A stretch of 33,522 nt of DNA from Minisyncoccia bacterium (GCA_964229335.1 CAXRCZ010000012.1:1-33522), one strand, 5' to 3'. Numbered from the stretch's first letter, positions 1-7,905 are shown. A program made the numbers and translations. The notes: generated from the sequence alone by a model not told the origin.

Positions 1-90
1 ACGGGAGGAGGTGCGCATTAGCGTTACCACGCACGCGAATGCGTACGTTGAGGTACAGCCTCACCACGCACTCGGCGCGGCCAGCGTTGT

Positions 91-282
91 TCATCCAAGC
101 TTCGCTTGGAAATAGGTTCGAGCGGAATCATAAAGATGCCCCAGAATGTGACTTTCAGTCATAGAACCGCGCTTCGCGCGCAACGAGGACAAAACAAAGT
201 ACGGTGAAAGTGGCTCTGCGGAGCCGTTTTCCGGTGGGGAATGCAACAGCTCGCGAGCGCGCAGGCGGAGGTTCGCCATCAC
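91..282 (-). pseudogene. Duplicated recombinase C-terminal segment with alternative tail (HLYDSARTYFQAKLG); may be a silent cassette or a small protein
   Basis: NLRLRARELL...SHILG is identical to recombinase residues ~464-509, then diverges. Confidence 0.6.
138..275. repeat. Left arm of perfect 138-bp inverted repeat (partner 1861-1998)
   Basis: GCCCCAGAATGTG...GGAGGTTCG (138-275) is the exact reverse complement of 1861-1998; mismatches immediately outside both ends. Confidence 0.95.
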
Positions 283-337
283 GACAATTTCATTCTCGTT
301 CGGTGGAGTGTATTTATCTGCCCAAAGAAAAGAAGGT
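275..337 (-). repeat. Mosaic of short inverted copies of recombinase gene segments
   Basis: Minus strand reads ACCTTCTTTT (=483-492), CTTTGGGCAGA-TAAATAC (=845-863, 1-nt deletion), CACTCCACCGAACGAGAAT (=1108-1126, exact), TGAAATTGTC-GTGATGGC (=1799-1817, 1 deletion + 1 substitution). Confidence 0.9.
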
Positions 338-345
338 TTGTTTTG

Positions 346-354
346 TGATAAGAT
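346..354 (+). promoter_or_regulatory. Extended -10 promoter of recombinase (TG-A-TAAGAT)
   Basis: TGnTAnnnT match about 6 nt before a structured leader starting near 360. Confidence 0.45.
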
Positions 355-359
355 GGAGT

Positions 360-449
360 TGCAACCAGCCGATATAGAAAGCTTTTTCTAATAGCCGTCC
401 TAGGACAATCAAAGTCTTCTTTGGTTGGTTGCACCTAGGGCGGTTATTA
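360..449 (+). promoter_or_regulatory. Structured 5' leader of recombinase
   Basis: 16-bp stem 389-404:434-449 with inner stem 406-414:419-427; competing 13-bp stem 360-372:421-433; the non-Watson-Crick pairs are G-U on the + strand. Confidence 0.55.
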
Positions 450-470
450 AAGTTTTAATATCTTGTTCTT

Positions 471-2063
471 ATGGAGAAACCTACCTTCTTTTTATATGCC
501 CGCAAGTCGACCGATGTCGAGGATAAGCAGGTACTAAGTATCGAAGCGCAGCTGGCGGAGTTGCGTTCGTTTGCCAAGCTGGAGGGGTTAGAGATAGCAG
601 AGGAGTTTGTGGAGAAAAAGAGTGCCAAGATGCCCGGCCGTCCAATTTTTAATGACATGATGAACCGTCTCGAGCGAAAAGAGGCAGTGGGCATTATCGC
701 TTGGCACCCAGACCGCCTCGCACGCAACTCAGTCGATGGGGGACGAGTTGTGTATCTGCTCGACTGCGAACATATTTCGATGCTGAAATTTCCAACTTTT
801 TGGTTTGAAAACACATCACAAGGAAAATTTATGCTTAGCATCGCCTTTGGGCAGAGTAAATACTACGTGGATTCACTTTCAGAAAACACCAAGCGCGGGC
901 TACGCCAAAAAGTTCGTCGCGGAGAATATCCAGGGCTGGCACCAATGGGATATATCAACGACTCGAGGACAAAGACGGTAGTCATTGATAAAAATAAAGC
1001 GCCAGCCATTACCGCGGCATTTGAATACTACGCTGAGGGTGAACATCGACTGGAAGACGTTGCGAACTTTTTGGCGAAACGAGGGATCAAAGCGCGTGGC
1101 GGAAAACCACTCCACCGAACGAGAATTACTTGTATCCTTTCCAATCCGTTCTACACGGGATTGTTTCAGTACGCAGGTGAGGTACACGAAGGTACTCACC
1201 AACCAATTGTGGCAAAGAAACTGTTTGATGAAGTGCAGGAAGTCATGCAAGAGCGCGGGCGACCGCATAAAAATTTTAAAAATGAGCCACAGGCATTTTG
1301 TGGACTGATGCGGTGTGGAGGTTGCGGCATGATGATTACTGCTGAACATAGGGTTAAAAAACAGAAGAACGGAAACGTGCATGAGTATGTGTATTATCGC
1401 TGTACCAAGAAATCAAAATTAAAATGTGATGAACCCTATGTTCGAGAAGAGGAGATAGATAGACAAGTCACAGCGTTACTAGAAACAGTTTCTTTGCCCG
1501 CGTCGTGGGCGAGGCAGTTGGAGATTATGCTGGCGCAAGAGGAAACTGCCTCAACCTACGACGCAACGGAACATCTCAAGGCAAGCAAGGAGCGTGAGCG
1601 GAGGATAGAACAAAAGCTTGAGCGTCTTCTCGATTCATACCTAGAGCAGGATATTGATCGGGAAGTATATCTCGAGAAGAAAGCAGCTTTGCTCAGTGAA
1701 AAGAAGTCACTGCAGGAGAAAAACGCTGCCTTGGAGACGTCCCGAATTGGCTGGCTCGAACCCATGCGAGAGTGGATACAAGTGGCAGAAAACCTGCCTG
1801 AAATTGTCCGCGATGGCACCCTTTTAAAGAAAAAGGTTGCAGCCAAAGAAATCTTTGGCTCGAACCTCCGCCTGCGCGCTCGCGAGCTGTTGCATTCCCC
1901 ACCGGAAAACGGCTCCGCAGAGCCACTTTCACCGTACTTTGTTTTGTCCTCGTTGCGCGCGAAGCGCGGTTCTATGACTGAAAGTCACATTCTGGGGCGG
2001 CTACCGGGAATCGAACCCGAACTTTCGGTACCACAAACCGATGCACTAACCGTTATACTATAG
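471..2063 (+). CDS. Large serine recombinase (resolvase + recombinase + zinc ribbon + coiled coil)
   Basis: YARKS catalytic Ser motif, DRLARN, LSNPFYTG, CGGCG...YYRC...C zinc ribbon, coiled coil; last 21 aa are encoded by the antisense strand of tRNA-His. Confidence 0.95.
   Translation: MEKPTFFLYARKSTDVEDKQVLSIEAQLAELRSFAKLEGLEIAEEFVEKKSAKMPGRPIFNDMMNRLERKEAVGIIAWHPDRLARNSVDGGRVVYLLDCEHISMLKFPTFWFENTSQGKFMLSIAFGQSKYYVDSLSENTKRGLRQKVRRGEYPGLAPMGYINDSRTKTVVIDKNKAPAITAAFEYYAEGEHRLEDVANFLAKRGIKARGGKPLHRTRITCILSNPFYTGLFQYAGEVHEGTHQPIVAKKLFDEVQEVMQERGRPHKNFKNEPQAFCGLMRCGGCGMMITAEHRVKKQKNGNVHEYVYYRCTKKSKLKCDEPYVREEEIDRQVTALLETVSLPASWARQLEIMLAQEETASTYDATEHLKASKERERRIEQKLERLLDSYLEQDIDREVYLEKKAALLSEKKSLQEKNAALETSRIGWLEPMREWIQVAENLPEIVRDGTLLKKKVAAKEIFGSNLRLRARELLHSPPENGSAEPLSPYFVLSSLRAKRGSMTESHILGRLPGIEPELSVPQTDALTVIL
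1861..1998. repeat. Right arm of 138-bp inverted repeat, inside recombinase 3' end, overlapping the tRNA 3' end by 6 bp (TGGGGC)
   Basis: Exact reverse complement of 138-275. Confidence 0.95.
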
Positions 2064-2068
2064 CCGCC
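1993..2068 (-). tRNA. tRNA-His (GTG) with G-1 and encoded CCA
   Basis: Minus strand GGCGGCTATAGTATAACGGTTAGTGCATCGGTTTGTGGTACCGAAAGTTCGGGTTCGATTCCCGGTAGCCGCCCCA: GCGGCTA/TAGCCGC acceptor stem, GTG anticodon, GGTTCGATTCC T-arm, G-1:C73. Confidence 0.96.
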
Positions 2069-2217
2069 ATAACGGTGATCAACTTGATCACAAGTGGGGA
2101 ATATACTAGCGGTTTTACCCTATTTTGTCGAGGTAAACAGAAAAATAGTACAAATTTTGCTATACTATGTAAGGAATTATTATTAGTAATTCATACTCTA
2201 TTTAAATTTACACAACT

Positions 2218-2637
2218 ATGAATGTTCAACTTTTAGCAAAAATCTTTGCAGTAGTATTCATCGCTATCGGTATTCTTGGATTTGTACCAGGAATTACTGT
2301 AGATGGCATGCTGCTCGGGATCTTTCAAGTAAACGCTCTACACAATATCGTTCACATCCTTACTGGTCTCGTGGCTATTTGGGGAGCCACCTCAGCTAGT
2401 AACGCTCGCCTATACTTCAAAGTGTTCGGTGTAGTGTACCTAATTGTTACTATCTTGGGACTCGCTACTGGTAGCGTGCTCGGACTCATTGGTATTAATC
2501 TAGCTGATAACCTGCTTCACATTGTTATTACTGTGGTAGCGCTATACGCTGGATTTGCTGGTGGGAAAAAAGAAACCGCTATGCCAGCTGCAACGCAGTC
2601 AACAGCTCCAACCGACACTCCTCCCACTACAATGTAG
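2218..2637 (+). CDS. DUF4383-type membrane protein
   Basis: Four hydrophobic segments, NALHNIVH and N.ADN.LH motifs. Confidence 0.75.
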   Translation: MNVQLLAKIFAVVFIAIGILGFVPGITVDGMLLGIFQVNALHNIVHILTGLVAIWGATSASNARLYFKVFGVVYLIVTILGLATGSVLGLIGINLADNLLHIVITVVALYAGFAGGKKETAMPAATQSTAPTDTPPTTM

Positions 2638-2652
2638 TTAGACGGATTGTTT

Positions 2653-2691
2653 ATATAAAGAGCGGCGGCCTTTGGCCGCCGCTCTTTATAT
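2653..2691 (+). terminator. Perfect 18-bp hairpin terminator
   Basis: ATATAAAGAGCGGCGGCC-TTT-GGCCGCCGCTCTTTATAT. Confidence 0.8.
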
Positions 2692-2792
2692 TGTCTAAAG
2701 TGTGTCAGTAGGCTAGGCTATAGATATGGATCATCCATCATTCTTTTTGACACTCATATATACGTTAGCGATTAGTGTCAGTATTGGTTTTT

Positions 2793-3926
2793 ATGTGGCG
2801 AGATTTATTTTCTAAGCCAGGACTATTACTAGGATTGAGTTTTTTACTCCTAGCACCTGTCGTCGCTGACGCCCAAGAGCTACACCAAGATGTGCAAGAA
2901 GTTCTCACTGCAGAAGTGCTGGATGTTATTTCGAATGAAGAAGCGCCAATTACTGGGACTGATGCTACAAAAGTAGTGCAAACTGTCCGAGTCCAAATCA
3001 CTGAAGGGGAGAGAAGCGGAGAAGTGGTGACAATTACGAGCGAAGTAGTTGAACTACAGCCAGGTGATGACATTTTGGTCACCCGTTTTGAAACCATCAA
3101 TGGCGAGGAAGAATTTACCTATAATGACTTTGAACGTCGACCTATACTCCTTCTAATTGCCCTCTTATTTGTGGCGTTGCTTTTGATTCTGTCACGGTGG
3201 CAAGGAGTGAGAGCGTTGATTTCTTTGGCGGCCAGCATTGGTGCGATTCTCTTTGTGTTAGTGCCAGCGCTTCTAGCCGGATATAATCCGGCCCTTACGA
3301 CTATAGGAGTAGCGGCAGTCGTGTTGTCATTAGTATTGTTTGGTACTCATGGGGTGAATCCACGCACCATCATTGCCTTTGGAGGTACATTCAGTGCGGT
3401 CGCTATTACCGGTGGCTTGGCGTATGTATCAGTGGAAGCAATGCGTTTGACAGGGTTTGGTGATGATGCGGCGGTATATCTAAATTTTGCTACCAACGGA
3501 CAACTTGATTTGGCCGGACTGCTGCTAGGAGGAATTGTGATTGGTATTCTGGGTGTACTCGATGATGTATCGATAACTCAAGCATCGGTAGTGCAGGAAT
3601 TAAAATCAGCCAACCCATCTTTTAATGCGTACGAACTCTATAGTAGAGCAATCAAGGTTGGTCGTGATCATATTGGCTCATTAGTTAATACTCTCGCTCT
3701 AGCCTACGCCGGAGTGGCCTTGCCGCTTATTTTGCTCTACGCATCTTCGAGTAGCGATATATGGCTAGCACTAAATAATGAGGTAGTAGCGGTAGAATTA
3801 GTCCGGATTATGATCGGCAGCATCGGCTTGATTCTGGCGGTGCCAGCTACAACATTGGTGGCTGCCTGGTATTTCCAAAACCGCACAGTCTTACCATCAG
3901 AAGTTCATTCCCATCACCATCATTAA
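2793..3926 (+). CDS. YibE/F family membrane protein
   Basis: [12 protein letters not shown] and [12 protein letters not shown] motifs, many TM helices; ATG 2793 preferred over GTG 2775. Confidence 0.85.
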   Translation: MWRDLFSKPGLLLGLSFLLLAPVVADAQELHQDVQEVLTAEVLDVISNEEAPITGTDATKVVQTVRVQITEGERSGEVVTITSEVVELQPGDDILVTRFETINGEEEFTYNDFERRPILLLIALLFVALLLILSRWQGVRALISLAASIGAILFVLVPALLAGYNPALTTIGVAAVVLSLVLFGTHGVNPRTIIAFGGTFSAVAITGGLAYVSVEAMRLTGFGDDAAVYLNFATNGQLDLAGLLLGGIVIGILGVLDDVSITQASVVQELKSANPSFNAYELYSRAIKVGRDHIGSLVNTLALAYAGVALPLILLYASSSSDIWLALNNEVVAVELVRIMIGSIGLILAVPATTLVAAWYFQNRTVLPSEVHSHHHH

Positions 3927-3952
3927 AAGTTTCGGTATATAATCTATTGCAT

Positions 3953-4345
3953 ATGAAATCATTACTACAAGAATTCAAAGCCTTTGCGATGAAAGGCAAT
4001 GTCGTTGACTTGGCAATCGCCGTTGTTATCGGAGCCGCATTTGGCAAGATTGTTTCTTCCTTGGTAGAGAACATTATTACGCCATCGATTGGTTTGTTGC
4101 TGGGGAACATCGATTTTTCTAGTCTAAATTACACCGTAGGAGACACTGCCATAACGTACGGAATATTCATTCAAGCAGTGATTGACTTCATCATCATTGC
4201 CTTCGTTATTTTCTTGGCTGTAAAAGCCATCAATACTGTGCAACGCAAAGAAAATGCCAAACCAGAAGAAGAAAAAGTAGCCGAACCAACCGAAGAGATA
4301 CTGTTGCTACGCGAAATTCGTGACGGAGTAAAAAGCAAACAGTGA
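3953..4345 (+). CDS. mscL: Large-conductance mechanosensitive channel
   Basis: [28 protein letters not shown]...LLREIRD. Confidence 0.97.
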   Translation: MKSLLQEFKAFAMKGNVVDLAIAVVIGAAFGKIVSSLVENIITPSIGLLLGNIDFSSLNYTVGDTAITYGIFIQAVIDFIIIAFVIFLAVKAINTVQRKENAKPEEEKVAEPTEEILLLREIRDGVKSKQ

Positions 4346-4435
4346 GTGTCGTAAAACACCAATTTCAGAATAACTTTCTGGTATTGAAAACTTGGCAAAT
4401 CGAAAAATTATTTTCTACCGTGGGCGAGGTGACAC

Positions 4436-4444
4436 TTATCCACA
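4436..4444 (+). promoter_or_regulatory. Consensus DnaA box upstream of nrd genes
   Basis: TTATCCACA, about 70 bp upstream of extended -10 TGATATAGT (4516-4524). Confidence 0.5.
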
Positions 4445-4725
4445 CGACAATCAACCACCACTTTGAAAATAACGTTTGTTTTCGTTTTGACCACTGCCAA
4501 GCGAGATTTAAAAAATGATATAGTGGCTAGACCACACGACCACTCGTGTGTCGGAGGTAAGACACACCCTTATGTCTAAGCCGTCGGGAGACGGCAGGGG
4601 GTTGTTGTCGCCAAAAATCGCGCTCAGACCTAACTGACTGACTCTATTATCTGCAATGAGTCACTTACTATCATCGGTTACGTGTTAGCGGGATTCCTTT
4701 TAGCAACATAAAGGTATCTGTAGTT

Positions 4726-6039
4726 ATGAATATAGAAATGATTCGCAAACGTGACGGTTCAACTCAATCGTTTAATATTGAGAAGATCGTCAGCGCTATT
4801 GCTAAAGCGTTTGCTGAAACAGGAGAGGGTAATCGAGAGACGGCACAAGAAGTAGCCGAAGTAGCCCACCAAAAGATAGTAGCTATGTGTGTCCAGGCTG
4901 GCACCGCAGCGGCTGATAGTCCGCTGGCTCAAAAATGTATCGACGGAGCACCAGCTGTGGAGGAGATTCAAGACTTGGTAGAGCAGGCCTTGATGGAAAA
5001 GGACTTTTTCACCACCGCCAAAAAATACATCATCTATCGCAACGAGCGCAAAAAGCTCCGCGAGCGCGACATCTTTGCTCGTCGCGTTAATTTGAAACCA
5101 TACGAATACCCAAACCTCTATGAGTACACCAACGCTGTCCGACACTCGTATTGGGTACATACTGAATTCAACTACACCTCTGACGTGCAGGATTTTCACG
5201 TCAATGTTAATGAGGTGGAACGTAGCGCTATCAAAAACTCAATGCTCGCCATTGCGCAAATCGAAGTCGCGGTAAAGACATTCTGGGGTGATATTTACAA
5301 AAAGATGCCCAAGCCAGAAATCGGTGCGGTAGGAGCCACTTTTGCGGAGTCAGAAGTGCGACACGCTGATGCGTATGCCCACCTTTTAGAAATCCTCGGT
5401 CTTAATGATGAGTTCAAGCGAGTCAAAAATATCCCAGTTATCCAAAAACGTATCGCCTACCTCGAAAAGACCATCGAACTATCTCGCACACAAGATAATA
5501 AAGACTACTTCAAATCAGTCCTTTTGTTCTCATTGTTTGTTGAGCATGTGTCACTCTTTTCACAATTCCTGGTGATGATGTCGTTCAATAAGTACAAGAA
5601 TCTATTCAAAGGCATGAGCAACGCTGTAGAAGCAACCTCTAAGGAAGAGCAAATTCACGGCATGTTCGGAATTGATGTCATAAACATCATCAAAGAAGAA
5701 CATCCAGAATGGTTTGATGAGGAATGTAACCAAATGATTATTGAATCGTGTCGCGAAGCCTATGAAGCCGAAGAGGGAATCGTTGACTGGATATTTGAAG
5801 CAGGTGAACTTGATTTCATGCCAGCAGCGAACGTAAAGGAATTCATTAAGCACCGCTTCAATAGCTCGCTGTCTGCTATCGGTCTGCCGCGCATCTTTGA
5901 CATCAACGAAGCGTTGCTTGAAGAAACTGACTGGTTTGACGCTGAGGTTATCGCTACCAAGCACGTCGACTTCTTTAACAAGCGATCAATCAACTACAAC
6001 AAGCGGTCAGCCAGTGTCACGAGTGACGACCTGTTCTAA
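4726..6039 (+). CDS. nrdB: Class I ribonucleotide reductase beta subunit with N-terminal ATP-cone
   Basis: IRKRDG...VEEIQDLVE...AKKYIIYR ATP-cone; metal ligands AQIE, ESEVRHADAY, FVE, KEEQIH; C-terminal DFF...Y. Confidence 0.93.
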   Translation: MNIEMIRKRDGSTQSFNIEKIVSAIAKAFAETGEGNRETAQEVAEVAHQKIVAMCVQAGTAAADSPLAQKCIDGAPAVEEIQDLVEQALMEKDFFTTAKKYIIYRNERKKLRERDIFARRVNLKPYEYPNLYEYTNAVRHSYWVHTEFNYTSDVQDFHVNVNEVERSAIKNSMLAIAQIEVAVKTFWGDIYKKMPKPEIGAVGATFAESEVRHADAYAHLLEILGLNDEFKRVKNIPVIQKRIAYLEKTIELSRTQDNKDYFKSVLLFSLFVEHVSLFSQFLVMMSFNKYKNLFKGMSNAVEATSKEEQIHGMFGIDVINIIKEEHPEWFDEECNQMIIESCREAYEAEEGIVDWIFEAGELDFMPAANVKEFIKHRFNSSLSAIGLPRIFDINEALLEETDWFDAEVIATKHVDFFNKRSINYNKRSASVTSDDLF

Positions 6040-6079
6040 AAGTGAGAACGGAGAGAAATTTCTCCCCGTTCTCACTTTT
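6038..6079. terminator. 20-bp near-perfect palindrome between nrdB and nrdA
   Basis: AAAAGTGAGAACGGAGAGAA-AT-TTCTCCCCGTTCTCACTTTT, followed by TATAAT at 6083-6088. Confidence 0.6.
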
Positions 6080-6125
6080 CGTTATAATGAATTTAAATTA
6101 CAAAATTAATTAACTTCCACTGTTT

Positions 6126-7808
6126 ATGAACCCATGGTACTGGTTGAACGAAAATAGCCGCGCTTTCCTAGCTAGAGGATATCTGGCTGAAGGTCAGACG
6201 GCCGAAGAACGAATAGATGTAATCGCGAAAGCGGCTGAAGAATACTTACAGGAAGATGGGTTCGCTGAAAAATTTACCGAGTACATGTCGAAGGGGTGGA
6301 TTTCACTAGCTTCACCGGTCTGGTCTAACTTCGGTATCGATAAAGGGCTACCAATTAGTTGTTTTGGTTCATATGTCGATGATGACATGGGAAATATTCT
6401 CTATACCAACGCAGAAGTTGGTATGCAGAGCAAGCATGGTGGAGGTTGTTCTGGTTTCTTTGGCGCCCTTCGCCCGCGTGGTGCTGCTATTGGTAATGGT
6501 AACGGGTATTCTTCAGGTGCTGTGCACTTCATGCAGTTGTTTGAGACACTCATAAACGTAGTGAGCCAAGGATCGGTTCGCCGAGGACACTTCTCTCCCT
6601 ATCTGCCAGCGGAGCACGATGACATCATGGAATTCCTAGATATCGGGACCGAAGGAAATCCAATTCAAAAACTCACTCACGGTGTCACTGTGGGGGACGA
6701 ATGGATGCAATCAATGGTTGATGGTGACGAAGCCAAGCGTAAGGTATGGGCACGCATCATTCAGCGTAGGGGAGAAATGGGGTATCCGTACATCATGTTT
6801 AGCGATACCGCCAACAACAACACAGTAGACGTCTACAAAGACAAAGGACTGCGCATCCACGCCAGCAATATGTGTAGCGAGATTATGTTACCAAGCAAGA
6901 CTGACTGGTCATTTGTATGTTGTCTCTCTTCACTCAACTTGCGTCACTACGATGAGTGGAAAGACACCGACCTGGTAGAAACCATGATTAGTTTCCTCGA
7001 TGCGGTAATGGAAGACTTTATCGTCAAGCTAGAACGCATGCGTGATCACGAAGATGTACAAAAACAACAATCCTTTCACTTTATGGAACGGGCGTACAAC
7101 TTTGCTAAAGAAAACCGTGCTCTTGGTCTTGGAGTGCTGGGATACCACTCACTTTTGCAGGACAAGCGAATTGCGTTTGCTAGTGGCGAGGCCGCTACTT
7201 TAAACGAAGAAGTGTTCTCACTCATCAAGACCAAGGCCGATAGTGCAACCAAAGCATTGGCAGAGAAATTAGGTGAACCAGCAGTGCTTGAAGGGTACGG
7301 ACGACGCAATACAACTCTACTCGCCATTGCGCCAACCACTTCTTCTGCCTTTATTCTCGGTCAGGTATCGCAGGGAATCGAACCAATTTGGTCAAACTGT
7401 TATGTCAAAGACGTGGCCAAAATGAAGGTCACTATCAAGAACCCTACCCTCAAAGCATTACTAGCTGAAAAAGATAAGGATGACAAAGCTACCTGGGATA
7501 GCATTCGAGACAATGACGGCTCGGTACAACACCTCGACTGTCTATCTGATGAAGAAAAAGAAGTCTTCCGGACCTTTGCCGAAATCGATCAACTAGCTAT
7601 TATCGAACAAGCAGCCACCCGACAGAAACATATCGATCAAGCGCAATCACTCAATATTATGGTGGCACCAGATACGCCAGTAAAAGACATCAACAACCTG
7701 TACCTCGAAGCTTGGAAACAGGGAGTCAAGACACTTTACTACCAACACTCGATGAATGCTGCCCAGCAGATGGTGCGTCGCAAGCTAGCCGAACAAGAAA
7801 AGAAGTAA
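6126..7808 (+). CDS. nrdA: Class I ribonucleotide reductase alpha subunit (no ATP-cone)
   Basis: PISCF, SNMCSE, FVCCLSS, IAPTTSS and TLYY catalytic motifs. Confidence 0.95.
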   Translation: MNPWYWLNENSRAFLARGYLAEGQTAEERIDVIAKAAEEYLQEDGFAEKFTEYMSKGWISLASPVWSNFGIDKGLPISCFGSYVDDDMGNILYTNAEVGMQSKHGGGCSGFFGALRPRGAAIGNGNGYSSGAVHFMQLFETLINVVSQGSVRRGHFSPYLPAEHDDIMEFLDIGTEGNPIQKLTHGVTVGDEWMQSMVDGDEAKRKVWARIIQRRGEMGYPYIMFSDTANNNTVDVYKDKGLRIHASNMCSEIMLPSKTDWSFVCCLSSLNLRHYDEWKDTDLVETMISFLDAVMEDFIVKLERMRDHEDVQKQQSFHFMERAYNFAKENRALGLGVLGYHSLLQDKRIAFASGEAATLNEEVFSLIKTKADSATKALAEKLGEPAVLEGYGRRNTTLLAIAPTTSSAFILGQVSQGIEPIWSNCYVKDVAKMKVTIKNPTLKALLAEKDKDDKATWDSIRDNDGSVQHLDCLSDEEKEVFRTFAEIDQLAIIEQAATRQKHIDQAQSLNIMVAPDTPVKDINNLYLEAWKQGVKTLYYQHSMNAAQQMVRRKLAEQEKK

Positions 7809-7827
7809 ACTCTCATTACACAGCAAC

Positions 7828-7875
7828 TGACCGCCCTACAGGTACGTACTTAGGTACGTACCTGTAGGGCGGTCA
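7828..7875. terminator. Perfect 22-bp hairpin containing a GTACGTAC-N4-GTACGTAC motif
   Basis: TGACCGCCCTACAGGTACGTAC-TTAG-GTACGTACCTGTAGGGCGGTCA. Confidence 0.7.
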
Positions 7876-7905
7876 AAGCAAGCCAAATTTGCTATCATAA
7901 ATGCT

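Noticed and set aside
43-54. 11/12 match of minus-strand CCTCAACGTACG to gene 1549-1560
   Set aside because: Short, out of order with the collinear mosaic, and plausible by chance.
455-1932. Overlapping alternative-frame ORFs within the recombinase (455-841, 900-1382, 985-1308, 1556-1846, 1693-1932)
   Set aside because: Shadow ORFs of a well-supported gene; no motifs or start signals.
138-1998. 138-bp repeat as a DGR template/variable pair or IS terminal inverted repeats
   Set aside because: Arms are 100% identical with no adenine-specific mismatches, there is no reverse transcriptase or DDE transposase in the window, and one arm lies inside the CDS.
4511-4526. Possible NrdR box upstream of nrdB
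   Set aside because: Only the right half (ATATAGTGG) matches, there is no tandem second box, and the extended -10 already explains it.
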